DNA of 64,000 nucleotides from Lama guanicoe. Taxonomy: Eukaryota. Shown in pieces: positions 52,399-64,000 of the stretch (positions within the stretch are counted from its first letter, which is position 1; every line of letters begins with the position of its first letter). The stretch is from the NCBI GenBank assembly GCA_013239625.1, contig MU054001.1:1305884-1369883 (forward strand), written 5' to 3'. Below the pieces are notes generated by a model. It saw only the letters and a program-made list of their open reading frames with translations, was not told the origin of the DNA and did not search any database. Both the position numbers and the translations under genes were made by a program.

Positions 52399-52520
52399 CC
52401 CCAAAGGAAGAAAGAAGTTTGGTTTTAGACACATGAAGCTGGAAATGCTGTGGGACATGTAGCAGACAGGGGTCTGAGGTAGGAGAGAAAGTGTAAGTCA
52501 GACCTGAAGATCTGGGGAAA

Positions 52521-52521
<1 letters not shown>

Positions 52522-52553
<32 letters not shown>

Positions 52554-52570
52554 CACGTGCATGCACACAC
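52522..52570. repeat. (CA)n microsatellite extended by alternating purine-pyrimidine sequence
   Basis: (ca)15 followed by tgcacgtgcatgcacacac. Confidence 0.95.
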
Positions 52571-52596
52571 CATTCTGCACTTTAAATGTCACTGTA

Positions 52597-52695
52597 ACCA
52601 GAAATTGACACAATATTGTAAACTGACTATACTTCAATAAAAATATTTTTAAAAATTAAAAAAAAACTACTAAGAAAGCAATACTCACAAAAAAA
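52597..52695 (+). mobile_element. Severely 5'-truncated young L1 with two A-tails
   Basis: accagaaattgacacaatattgtaaactgactatacttcaat; TSD aaatgtcactgta at 52584-52596 and 52696-52708. Confidence 0.88.
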
Positions 52696-52839
52696 AAATG
52701 TCACTGTATCTGAGTTGGGAACAGGACAGCACAGAACTGAAATTTAAGCGGAGCTGATGGGGCAGGTAATGAAGAGAAGGTTATGGCGAGTGGGGCAGGA
52801 GGGCTCTCTTCCTGTCCGTGTGGGTTTTAGGATGGGGAG

Positions 52840-53052
52840 ACAGAACACAGGGTCTGGAGTCCGACTGTGTTCATGGCTGAGCTGGCCACAGGCAGGTGAC
52901 TTCTCCTTTCTGAACCTCAGTCTCCTCACCTGTAAAATGAGGGGACATCTAGCAACTACTTCAAAGGATGGACAGGATTCAATTTTTTACACGTCAGGCC
53001 CTTCCAGAATAGTGCCTGACACACGGTAAGCAGGGGTTAGGTATTAGCTACT
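52840..53052 (+). mobile_element. MIR SINE
   Basis: ctttctgaacctcagtctcctcacctgtaaaatgagg...agaatagtgcctgacacacggtaagc. Confidence 0.85.
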
Positions 53053-53209
53053 TCCGAGTACGAATCACTGAGAGCAACAGGAAAGCTACTAAATTTGATC
53101 ATCATTCTTCTACTACCTCAGCCTTTCTTTTTCCCTCTCTCCCCATTCAGTGTTGAGCATCTGCAGCAGTTAAACTGACATCTCTAATGTGGAGATGCCT
53201 TCTGGCTGG

Positions 53210-53700
53210 TGATGATGGTGACAATGTAGCAGCTAACATGACTGAGCACTCACTGCCTGCCTGGTGCTGTTCACGGGCATGGTATCACTGAATCCTAAAA
53301 TTAAGTCTATGAGATAATGAGGAAACTGAGGAATGGAGATTTTGAAGATTAAAAAAAAAATAACTGAGATGTAGAAAGGTTAAGCCATTGGCCAAATTTT
53401 ACACCATCAGTAAGCAATTGAGCCAAATCTAACGCAGGCATCAGACTCCAGGGACCAAAGCTAACATAAGGGCGAACCGATTCACACTTTACAAAGGGCT
53501 TTCACGAACACGATCTCATGTAATTCTCATAAAAATTATGTGAGTTGCGCCGACCAAGTATTATGCACCACATTACTACAGACAAGGGCTCTGAGGCTTG
53601 GCTACATTAAATAACTCATCCAATATCAAAATTAGCATAGGAGTCAAGCTACGACTGGAAGTCAGGTGTGGCAGCCCCAGGCCCAGCATGCTTTATACAC
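53210..53700 (-). mobile_element. Cluster of MIR fragments
   Basis: gctaacatgactgagcactcact...atgaggaaactgagg...aaggttaag; tttacaaagggctttcac...gatctcatgtaattctca. Confidence 0.7.
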
Positions 53701-54518
53701 ACAGAACACATAGAACAGACACTACTGAAGGCAAGTGCCCGTATGATAAATTAATCAGCCTGAGCCTCAGCTACAAGGTGGTCATTTGTGAGGCCACAGT
53801 ACCTGGCCACCAGGAGCTTATGATCTAGGTAGGGAAATAAAATACATACACAGGGTGAAGCGTGACCAAGGAGGTTACATAAATTAACTGCTGAATGCAA
53901 TAAAGCTCTTGGAATTGATTTTGATTTATAAAACAGTTACTCGACTAGAATGTCCTGTTCATGGCCTCGCATAACCTTAACATTCTCATCTAATCCTGAT
54001 CTGCTAAGTACTCTTACCCTTTTCATTTTGATGGAATGAAAACTAAAATGCAGACCTGTAAGAACAAAGATACAGCTAATAAATTTCACCACCTACGCCT
54101 GCCCACCCTTAAAAAAGTCTTATTTTTCTTAAGATTCCTGAGGTCAGAGTTATGTCTCGCTGTAGTGAAGACGCTCACGCTATTGACAATGTGACGATTA
54201 AAACTCTAAATGAAGTAACAATCTGGTAGGGAAAGATAATTCAGTGAAAGTCACGTGGGCAGAGCTGCTGCACTTGTCCCCAGATAACATCTACCTAAGA
54301 CAAATGCAGTCCCTGCTGGGCCACTCTCTGGAAACACCACTGTCTGCCAAGTCTTCAATGTCAGCATTACTTACTACTTGGCACATATCTATTCAGAAAA
54401 GACACACACACACACAATTTGGGGATACGGTTCTCAAATAGGAATTCAGGACCTATTTAAGTGCCTATTAAACCAGCAATTTAAGTATATATTACTAATG
54501 CATTGATAGTAGCTATGA

Positions 54519-54634
54519 GAATATATATATATATATATACCTGAATCACTATGCTGTACACCAGAAATTAATACAACATTGTAAACCGACTCTATTTCAA
54601 TTTAAAAAAAAAAAGGCAAAATAAAAATTTTTAA
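54519..54634 (+). mobile_element. 5'-truncated young L1 3' end
   Basis: (ta)n ctgaatcactatgctgtacaccagaaattaatacaacattgtaaaccgactctatttcaat, A-run; TSD atagtagctatga at 54506-54518 and 54635-54647. Confidence 0.9.
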
Positions 54635-54694
54635 ATAGTAGCTATGAAAAGAAAGACACATTTCGGTGGCTATATAAAATATAATAAGGCCAGT

Positions 54695-55130
54695 ATTAAT
54701 ACCAATAACAAAAACAATAACAAAAACCATCACTAGTTGAACGACTACCACGAGCCAAGCTCTGTCCTGATCACTTTTCATGTTTTCCTCATTAAATCCT
54801 CACAACAGTTCAATGAAGCAGGTTTCATTATTATCTCAATTTATTGATAAGAAAATCAAGGTACAAAAATATTAAGTACCTCGTCTCAGATCCCACCGCT
54901 GGTAAGAGGTGGGGTCAGGATGCAAACCTAGGCAGCCTGGTAGCAGAGGTCACTCCCTCACGCACTAAACTATGTAATGACTCGGGAACACTTTCTATGA
55001 GGTGGGGTTACAGCATCTCATTTAATCCTTCCAATAACCGCACAAAGTTGGTTGGTATCACTAACAAAGTCATTTTACAAGTGCTTAATAACTGGCCCAG
55101 GGTCTCACTGCCAGTGGGTGGCAGAGTAAG
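54695..55130 (-). mobile_element. Two tandem MIR copies
   Basis: ctcattaaatcctcacaaca...attattatctcaattta...ggatgcaaacctaggcagcctgg; second copy atctcatttaatccttcc...gcccagggtctcactgccagtgggtggcagag. Confidence 0.8.
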
Positions 55131-58100
55131 AGTGACTAGCAGAACTGGGGTAAACGGTATTAAGTTCTTGGCAGTGATTTCAGCGCAGACGAGGGCTCGG
55201 AGATGGTCTCTACTTGTGGAAGAAAGAACGGTTCGCTCACTTCCAGATGCCTGGAGTCCCATGTGGACACACAAACAGAGGACCTGAGGTCACGGGGACT
55301 AGTACGATTTTTAGAATACAGAAGACAACACCAGATGCTTGGTGAGCCTCCTGTCCACCGAGGCTCTTCAGATATCTCGGATCCTTCCTAGCTATAATGT
55401 CCAAATCATGGTTGAAAATGACAGTATCGTTTAGGATTTTTTTCACCCTTTCTCACATTTATGAATATTATATCTGAAAGGAATACGAGCATCAGGCGGA
55501 ACCACTGACTTCTGAATGCTAGCATTATCCAGAAAGTTACAAGAGTCGCTGAGTTTGGCGGACGCTACCCTGTTTATATGTTTAGTGCCACTGACAGCAG
55601 CCATCATCAGATCTTATGTGAGGCTTAAGCAACAGAAGTGTCGCTTCCTTCTGGTCAGGAGTATATCTACTGTTCACATAAGCATTTAGTATTAGAATGG
55701 GACTGAAAGAACATCTACAGATTTAGCAGAATTTGTATGCGAAGTTTATGGAAATGAGATTTTCGACTCCAGACTTCTCAGCAATGTATAGAGGGAAACT
55801 ATCACCACACTGCATTCATTTCCTTAAATCATTCCAACTGTGATTTGGACTAAAAGAAACAAAGGACAGCCCCACGAGAACACAGAGGGGCTCAGCACAC
55901 GAGCAGGGTATCTGGTACCTGTCAGCATAAGCAGTAATGGGCATCTGCCCAGTGGTCCGCCTTTGCCCTTTAACTCATCTTTCAATGCCTCCCATTTATA
56001 GAACGCTTAAGTTCTAGGGCTGTAAACGACATTTCATTCATTGTTAGGGCAAGAAAGTGATTATTCCAACTTTAATTATGAATACCTTTGAAAAGCTATA
56101 CCCTCAATGAAGCACCTTGCTATAAACAGGTACAGACCATGTGAGAGTTGACCTTAGCTTTGAAAAGGTAATGTGGTCACCACAGATGTTGCTTTGAGAG
56201 CCCCAAGGACGACAAAAAACACATTTCTGTCTGGAGGGATACGATCTAAAACCTGTTAATACTACTGCTGTTGGCACGAATTCTTACTTAACTCCAACTG
56301 GCTGTGCTCAGAACGGTTTTAAGCTTTGATAAGCAGATATTATTGGCTCATCTTATAGAGATAATTGCCTCTCCTGCCTTGTTTAATGGTTATACATTCC
56401 ATACCCAAAGATTAAACCATTGTAGAAAGCCCGTGATGGGCACAGTCCTTTCATGCTGAAACTGTCTCCGTGAGACTGAGCAGGGACACTTTAACTTTGG
56501 GGTTTAGACAATGGGTTTTCTGAAAGGATTAGAAAAATGGGCAACAACTGAACCTCCTCCTCCCTCCTGTTCAAGTCTACCACCTGCTGCGGCATTTTTG
56601 TTTCAGTAACAAAGAAGCCTTCATGTTTGAGGCTCATATTTAATGTTTGCTGAACTGGCCCCCTTTCATTTTGGTTAACTCTTAAGGAGCAGAAAAAGAA
56701 AGATTTCTTGCCTAACAAATAAACACACCAACAATACTTCCCTGATTGACCCGCAACAAATAAATATACATGTGTCTAGGAACACATGTGCACTGGCCTG
56801 CTTACCTCTGTACGCCACCCCAAAGTCAGGAGATGCTCTATTTATATTTAATAAAGCATCATCGGTCACTGAGAGCCGCATAACACTTGTGATTTCATGG
56901 TTTGCTACAGTAACAGGTGCTGTGGTAAACAGGAATGTAAAGTGTTAAAAAAAAAAGTGGGGGGAGTGGAAGGGGGGTCACTTCAGAGACATTAAGCAGC
57001 TTTAAACATTGACAGCAGAAAGGGAAAATTTTTAAGCAATTTGGTCGGGTCAGTAAAAAGTAACACAGGTCAAAGAAACAAAATGGTACCCAAAAATTCT
57101 GCCCATTGATAAATGGGCATACTGCCTTGTGGTTGGGTGCACAGGCAAAAGCCAAGCAACTGTTGTGTGAAAACGAAAATATGCTCTCTTTGTGGTACTC
57201 TGACAATAAGTCACTTCAGCTGGGTGAGAGCTGGAGGCCCCCATCCTCCCTGAGTGCGCGGCTGGGGGAGACATTAATGAAAACAAAAGGGTCCGTTTTC
57301 ATTGTAACCATGCAGAAGGGTTAAGCATTTGACCTTCAAGTATGGTGTGCTTGTGCTCGGTGGAAAGGTTCTTGACAATATCAACAAGAATTACTGCTGT
57401 TCGAGAAAGGGGACACAATTAAAAACAATCTCAGATGCTTGTTGTACAGCTGTTCAAGTTTCAGCTCTGCCTGACCTCTAAGGATGCTACGTGTTTAACG
57501 GAAACAATTTAAGATATTTTAGTGAGTCCCTTAACCATTCACCATCGCCATCCTTCCACTTGGGAGTACCTTGCCTTAACCACAAAGGGCTTTTCCAGTA
57601 ATGAGATTTTACGCTGCGGGGTTTACCCTTAGAGCCATTTGCCCCCGCCTCAATCTGTCCTCCACTTGCTATCTGACCACCCTGAGAAGAAACCACAGGC
57701 CAGATCTTACAGGGGACTTGGCAGGAGGCCGGAATGTTTGACTTCAGAGAACCCAATTCCTTGAAAATAGTTGGGTGTTTTTTTTTTTTTTAAAGCAAAA
57801 TCTTATCATACTTTACTTTCCAAAAAAGATGTTACTGAAGAAAAGTTTTTCTTCTGTTAAGCGCTAATTTATCTGAAAAGCACTTTTATTTATTTGAACA
57901 AATATCACTTATTTTGCACTCACTTATTTCCAATCTGCGCAAGAGGAAGCCCTGAGATGTCCCCAACAAAGAAACAGGTAAAGAAAAAACAAAGAACACA
58001 AGCATTTTTTTCTGAGACAGCCGAGAAGATGGTCTTAAAAGAAACAGAAATTCTGAGGTAAAAGACTAACTCCTTTGTCTCAGCTGAGGGAAACCACTGT

Positions 58101-60469
58101 CTTCCTGCTGTTTGATCTTCTCAGAGTCAGCAAAAGGCTCTGAGACTCTTCCACAAATAAGAGGGTCCCTGGCAAGTGACAGTGGGAAGTTGCTGTCCAC
58201 CAGTGGGCCGGGACAAGGCTGGAAAGACGGGGGCCCACGTCAGGGCCTACCACCGCCTTTAAAGGCACAAACCATAGCAGCCTGGTCCAGATTTGAAGAG
58301 GTGAGACGTCCCACTTCTCGGGAAGAAAGGAAATCCCAAGGAGGTAAAACAAAGGGAAGAGACAGGCCAAATCTCGTAAAGAGCGGGGGCATGGGGAAAG
58401 TTTTGTTTGTCAAACACACTTTAATCTCTAGAGTCACCAGGGCTTTGATGTTGCCCCAAACAGAAAATCTACATGGCTTGTGAGATTTACAGCATTTCTA
58501 GTGGGAACAGTTTCATGCTCCAGGGTTTTTCCTTTGGAGATTAAGGTTTATTTTATCCCTGTGTTCCCTGTGTCGGATTGTAAGAGGCTCATCAGAGACA
58601 AGGACGTTCTCCTGCCCTCTGACTCATCAGATACACCCAACTTTTATTCATCAAATCAGGTTCGTTTTCAGGGAACAAAGCTGCTGGAGAGGATCCAAAC
58701 TGTGGGGTAATCACTGTCATTCTGACAAGACAGAAGTGTTTCTCTTGCAAAGAGTCAGCTCCTAAGAGAGATCACAAAGAAAGGGGGGGACTTAAACATG
58801 GCTGCGCTAATCTCTGTATTATAAAAGACCACACAATTCATTTCTTAGGTTGAAATGAGGAGAAGCAAAGTAGATGGGAAAAGAAATGAATCATCACCTC
58901 GGCCCGTACGTCGAGGCAAGCCCACTGCAAACCCTGGTGCGCAAACAGTGGTAAGTCACGTGGAACAGAAGGGGTTTAAAAGGGCCACGTGTGGTACAGT
59001 TAGTTCACTGGAAGGAGCTCTGAGCATTTCCACAAACTCGCCTTTCTTTAAGCTGGATCTCATTCTCCTGACCTAAAAGTGAGATCTCATCTGCAACGAC
59101 AGAACTTGACAATGTCCTAGGCCACGAAGCTGGCAGTAAATTTCAACGGGATCACGCATCATACTTGATCAATTCCAGCTCGACTCAGGAGAAGGACTGA
59201 TAGGATCACAGAACGACTCCGCCTCCGTGTTGAGATGTCTTCCTTCCATCAAGGCACTGTCGCCAACGTTTGGACCCATGAGCAGGTCATTTCCTGGTTC
59301 TCAACCCTCCCCTCTGTCAACTAAAGGTTCTACCCTCCACATTCTGTGCGTCTGATGTAGTCTGGTGGTGATGATTCTTTTGCCTGGGCAAGCCAGGATC
59401 ACTCGCTTTTGCCAAAACAGAAGGCAAAATACAAAAAGAATCCGCCACACACTCCCTAAATGCACGGGCTTAACAGAAAAGAAGTGTATTCCCACTTCGA
59501 GGAATGGGATACGTCAACAGGCCCCTTGGGTGTCTTATTCATAACGATGCTCGTGGAAGACACTCCTTTCCCACTCCAGTATGTCGATGCATCGCTGAAG
59601 TCCTAACACACAAAACCACAGAACACACCAGGGAGGGGGCAGAGACTTGTCTAACAGCAGCACGCGATCGGCAGGTGTCCTGGCTTCTTGAGGTGGCCTT
59701 CAGACACACATAATTGTAAGTGTGGTTTTACTCGAAGTTGCTACAATTTGATCCTTCTCCTGGTACCCCCAGCTACACTCTAATAATACCCAACCATTTG
59801 CCTTGCCTTTTCCAAAACGCACACTTGTGCAATAATGAAGGCATGTTTGTCCCTTTGGGGGTCAGTTTCTTCCGTGCAATTTGCAACCAAACACACCTTG
59901 GATTTTAAGAGAGCGATCCTGTATTGATTTTTCATTTCGTGTCCCAAATACTGCCCCACCTTTATAGCTGATCGACAGCATTAACAGTTTCCTTGGCCTT
60001 AGAGACAAAATTAATAACACAATCAACAATCTGTTTTTTTATGCCACAGAGTTCAATGTTCGTTTGCAACATAAGTTACAAAAGCCACAGCCAGCGCCCA
60101 GTGCAATTTTGGAGATGAACTGCTAACTTGCCTCTCGTTTGTGATTTAATACAACAGTGGTTTTTGCAAATTAAAATGCTTATGGCTTTAAGTCAGCATT
60201 TATTTAGTCAACTACCAGACAACTGAATGTCTACAGGCAGATTGCTGGAGGAACTCAGAAGAAAGCTAACTGCGATGTCCCCATCTGGTTAAAATGTGAC
60301 TCTTCTCACACCCCTCAGGTGGACCTATAAACATCCCTGGTGGACGGAACTGCTCTGAAAAACTTCCTCTCAGGTCAGATCACAACAATGTACAGATAGG
60401 TCCACCTGTCTTCTTCCTTGTCCTTCTGTCCTTAATGACCTACTGGAACTTTCCATGCTCAATTCAACA

Positions 60470-61820
60470 GCAGTGTTGCCCTTGACCCCACTGACTTCTC
60501 CACAGGGCTGGACGCCATACATCTCCTTCAGTTCCATCACCTACTCCTGGTTTTCTCTGGACCTCTCTGATTGCCGTCTCCCGTTGTTTCAGTGGCTCTC
60601 CTGTGCTCATCCTTGACATTGGATCACCCCACACTCCACCCGTGATGCCCTTGGCTCTTTCACATATTCTCTCTCACTTACTTCCGCTATGTCTCCATGT
60701 AGATGGCAGCCAGGCGGTAAGTGCTCTCAAGCACAGATGAACATCCAAGAGAACACGGCCCGGTACATGACAGTCACGGAAGGGACGCTCACTGAAGATG
60801 TGAATCCAACTTCCACTTCCCTACCTGGCTCTGACATCTCTACCAAGCTCCTGCTCAGATTTCTGGGTCTTCTTAGGTGCTCTACTGGCTCCTCAAACTC
60901 AATACGGCCCTAAACGTCCCCCTCTTCTGTTCCTCTCAGCATGGTCAATGGCATCACCATCCATCCAGTAACTAAGACTAGATTCCTGTATAACCACCTG
61001 TGACTCCTCCTCATCTCTCATCCCTAACACCCAATTATGAAGTTCTCTGAACCTCTTGAAAAACAAAGCAAAACTCTGGAATTCACCCCTTCTTCTTATG
61101 CTATTACTGCCCTGGTTCACAAGCTCATTATTGCTCACCAGAACACCTGCAACAGGTCTTTGTGTCCCCAGCCTCTCCTCTGTCCAATCTGTCCACTGTG
61201 CTGCTGCCCATTACAATTTGAAAAAACTGATCTGACGGTACCACTTTCCTATTCAAACATCTTTGAAACCAACCCCCGCCATGATCTCCAAGGTAAAGGC
61301 CAAATTTCTCAGCACACCCAAGGCACTTCATAAGTTGGCCCCACCCTCTTCTCAGTCGATCTCTAGCTCCTAAGCCTGCCCCTTCTCTCTTCCACTCCTC
61401 CCTGAACAGGGACCGAAGCACTGGTTACAAGGCACTGTGTCGTGTCTACGAGCCTGGCCGAGTATTCCAGAGCTGTGCCCTCGTGCCTGCTGTGGGTCCT
61501 GCCTGATGGGCGTGGGGGGCTATCCCTCCTCTTCACCTGCGAAAGTTCTGCCTATTAAAAGTCAGTTCACTCTTCAAGGTACAATCGAAAGGCACCTCCT
61601 CTTCCACGAAGCCTTCCGCAGCTCTCTCAGTCTGGCCCATGTTCCCTGGGGCTCCCACTCCATTTCGTCTCTGCCTCTCCTTCGACACTCCGCACCAGGC
61701 TTCATTTACGTGCCTATTTCCCTAACATGCACGTGAGCTCCGTGGTGTAAAAACTCTTCATCTTCTCCAACACTTGACACATTGTATCTTAAAAACAAAG
61801 TTCGCTATCTGCTGGACTGA
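60470..61820 (+). mobile_element. Long, diverged L2 fragment
   Basis: ctcaaactcaat...aatggcatcaccatccatccagt...tgactcctcctcatctctca...cacctcctcttccacgaagccttcc...gtgagctcc. Confidence 0.75.
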
Positions 61821-63129
61821 ATTAAAGTCTCTCCTGGACTCTGTGCCCCTCTGGGAGATGCCAGCTGAATACACAACACACTTTGTCAAAAGGTTTCATG
61901 GCCTCTGCTAGAAGGGGACGGCACGGAAGGAAATGGCCATCTGGGCACCATCCCAGGCCAGCCGGTCAAAGCAACAGGGATGCAGGGTCTCCAGGAACGA
62001 TGCTGAGTTATCTTAATTTCAGCCCATAGAGAAGACACATGGATACTCTCTCAGGGGCTCAAAGGTTATCACGTTTCTCCCTCGCGCTCGAGACATGTTT
62101 ATAAACACAGAAGGCTATAATAAAACTCACATGAGAGACAAAACTCAACTTCAGCAAGTGTTTACATTCTAATCAGGACAACAAATCACTTCTCACCAGG
62201 AGATTCCAACTCAGTCAGCATGAGGATTCTTGTACCTGTGCCAAGAATATCCTGGGCCAGAGAACCTCCTGGTCCCTTCAAGCTAGACAGTGTCTCTGGC
62301 CATCAATGCAAGAATAAGAAGGAACAGCATCTAAATAAGGGACACGTCTGAAACCGCTGTCCAGATTCTGCATGGCTCCCAGGTGCCAAAATATATGGGC
62401 TCTCGATGTCTTCTGAGTTGTCACATGACTCTCAACCTAGTCAAGTATGGGCAGTCCCAGGGACGATGGTTCCCACCTTCCTGCCACGAAAAGGATGGTG
62501 GCCAAAGCTCCTGGGCTCCTGGGGCTGCTTATGTCTGGGAAGGGAGAGAAAAATGTGACCACCCCTAGGAACCCTGGCCTTTCTTAAAGTCTAAGGTGAA
62601 TGACGTTTGTAAGATGCTGAAATCAGGAAAGGAACATTACAGAGGGTTTACCTGAGGTTCAACCAGCAGCACCTTGTCCTCTGCTTATCCTCCTCAATTC
62701 TCCCATCTGCTCAAAACTGGTTGAGGACTGGACAGCGGCTTCACCACGAGGCTGATCTGGAATGGTTGTACATTTTGGACTTGCCTCTCACAGAGAAGAT
62801 TTGACAAGAGCTGTCTTATTATTGCAGAGAACAGTACCCAAATTAATACAATGGAGTTGGCTTGTATTCCAATAATTGGAAGGAATCTGTACAAAGAAAT
62901 TGCCAGGCCATTCACGTTCTATTTTACAATATGATCAACAATTCCCAGTTCTTTGTCAAAGGATGGTTAATGAGATTCACAAATTAATTCCCCACAATCA
63001 CTTCAGCCATTTTAATGCCTCTAGCAGCCCTGGCTCATCATGAAACAGACACGTGCTCCCAAGTTCTATCTGCCATAAACACTCAGTGCCTCCAGGATAA
63101 AGCCTGAGCGTCCAGGCATGGCCTACATG

Positions 63130-63770
63130 GGGGTGACAGGAAAGCGGAGCACAGGGCCCAGACTAGCCGGGCAGGTCAAGGGAGTGTTTCCTGAGGAAGC
63201 GACAAATTGAGCTGAGATCTGAAAGCTGATTAGAAACCATCTATATCTATGTTTGGTGAGAGAAGACATTGCAGGAAGAGGAAACAGTGTGTGCAAAGGA
63301 CTCAAAGAAGAAGGGAGCAAGGTGCATTGGATTCGTTGAGAAAATGCCAACCTGGCGAGCGAAGAGGCTGGAGGGAAGGTAAGGTGGGAGAGGAGGCGCT
63401 GAGGATAAGACATTTTCATCTTTACCCTAAGAGCAACCCGAACCCATGAACAGTTTACATAGGAAGGGGCACGATTTGATTTGCACTGGGAAACACTGCC
63501 CGGAGTGCCTTGTAAAGCACACAGGAGACCAGACAGCAGCTGGGGGAGCGATGATGGTGTCCTGGGCCAGCCTGGTAGCAGCAGAGATGTGAACAAGTGG
63601 ATATTTCAGGTGTGAGAAGTTCTCAGATTGGATATGTTGGGTGGGAAGGGGGAAGTCTCAAGGATGATTCCTTGACTTCTTGAGTGAACAGAAGGGGTAC
63701 CATTTCCTGAGTTAGAGAACGCTGGAAGGAGATGAGCTTTGGGGGACAGCCAACCCCACTTTAGCTTGAC
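63130..63770 (-). mobile_element. L2 fragment
   Basis: ttcctgaggaagcgacaaattgagctgagatctgaa...caggaagaggaaacagtgtgtgcaaagg...tcaaggatgattcc. Confidence 0.85.
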
Positions 63771-64000
63771 TATCACATGCATTTCCCGGCCACTACCATT
63801 TTGCATGCCATTCCCTCCATGGGAAATGTCTACCCTCTCCCCATCCCCAGTACCATCTGCCAGAGTTCTCCCCATTCTATAAAGACTCAATTCAGAAGTC
63901 CCTGCTACCCAAGAAACCTTCTGAAATCACTACTAGCCATCCAGATGTACCCACCATCTTCCAAGCTTTCATAGTTTTGTCTGTACCTTTGATCAACATC

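Noticed and set aside
63123..63596. 157-aa minus-strand ORF
   Set aside because: Chance frame inside a decayed L2 element
1..64000. Prokaryotic-type systems (operons, CRISPR arrays, IS elements, defence loci) or an endogenous viral gene
   Set aside because: The sequence is mammalian and repeat-rich. I saw no spaced direct-repeat array and no long ORF with protein-like composition; the longest ORFs come from a microsatellite
1..64000. Naming the host gene
   Set aside because: Many large-intron, enhancer-rich loci fit this landscape and no diagnostic exon was recognised

Overview
This is mammalian nuclear DNA, not prokaryotic. Two tRNA-derived SINEs of the camelid (Vic-1-like) type and young laurasiatherian L1 3' ends point to a camelid genome; I saw no Alu, Bov-tA/BovB, PRE-1 or SINEC. 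I recognise no exon of a known protein and no rRNA, functional tRNA, CRISPR array or viral insert. The window alternates between ancient repeats (MIR, L2, L1M, hAT-Charlie MER58A/MER102/MER5, an MLT1 LTR) and repeat-free blocks dense in homeodomain, TCF, SOX, FOX and nuclear-receptor motifs that look like conserved enhancers. L1 orientation and A-run asymmetry suggest a very large intron of an unidentified minus-strand gene. The best leads are: (1) a complete-looking two-exon plus-strand mini-gene model at 14.35-15.22 kb; (2) a 380-nt minus-strand exon candidate with strong splice sites, an open frame, a stop and AATAAA at 25.6-26.0 kb; (3) TSD-flanked L1 stubs carrying extra sequence; (4) several enhancer-like motif clusters. 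None is proof of a new biological system. Repeat family names come from remembered consensus sequences, and boundaries of old repeats are approximate.
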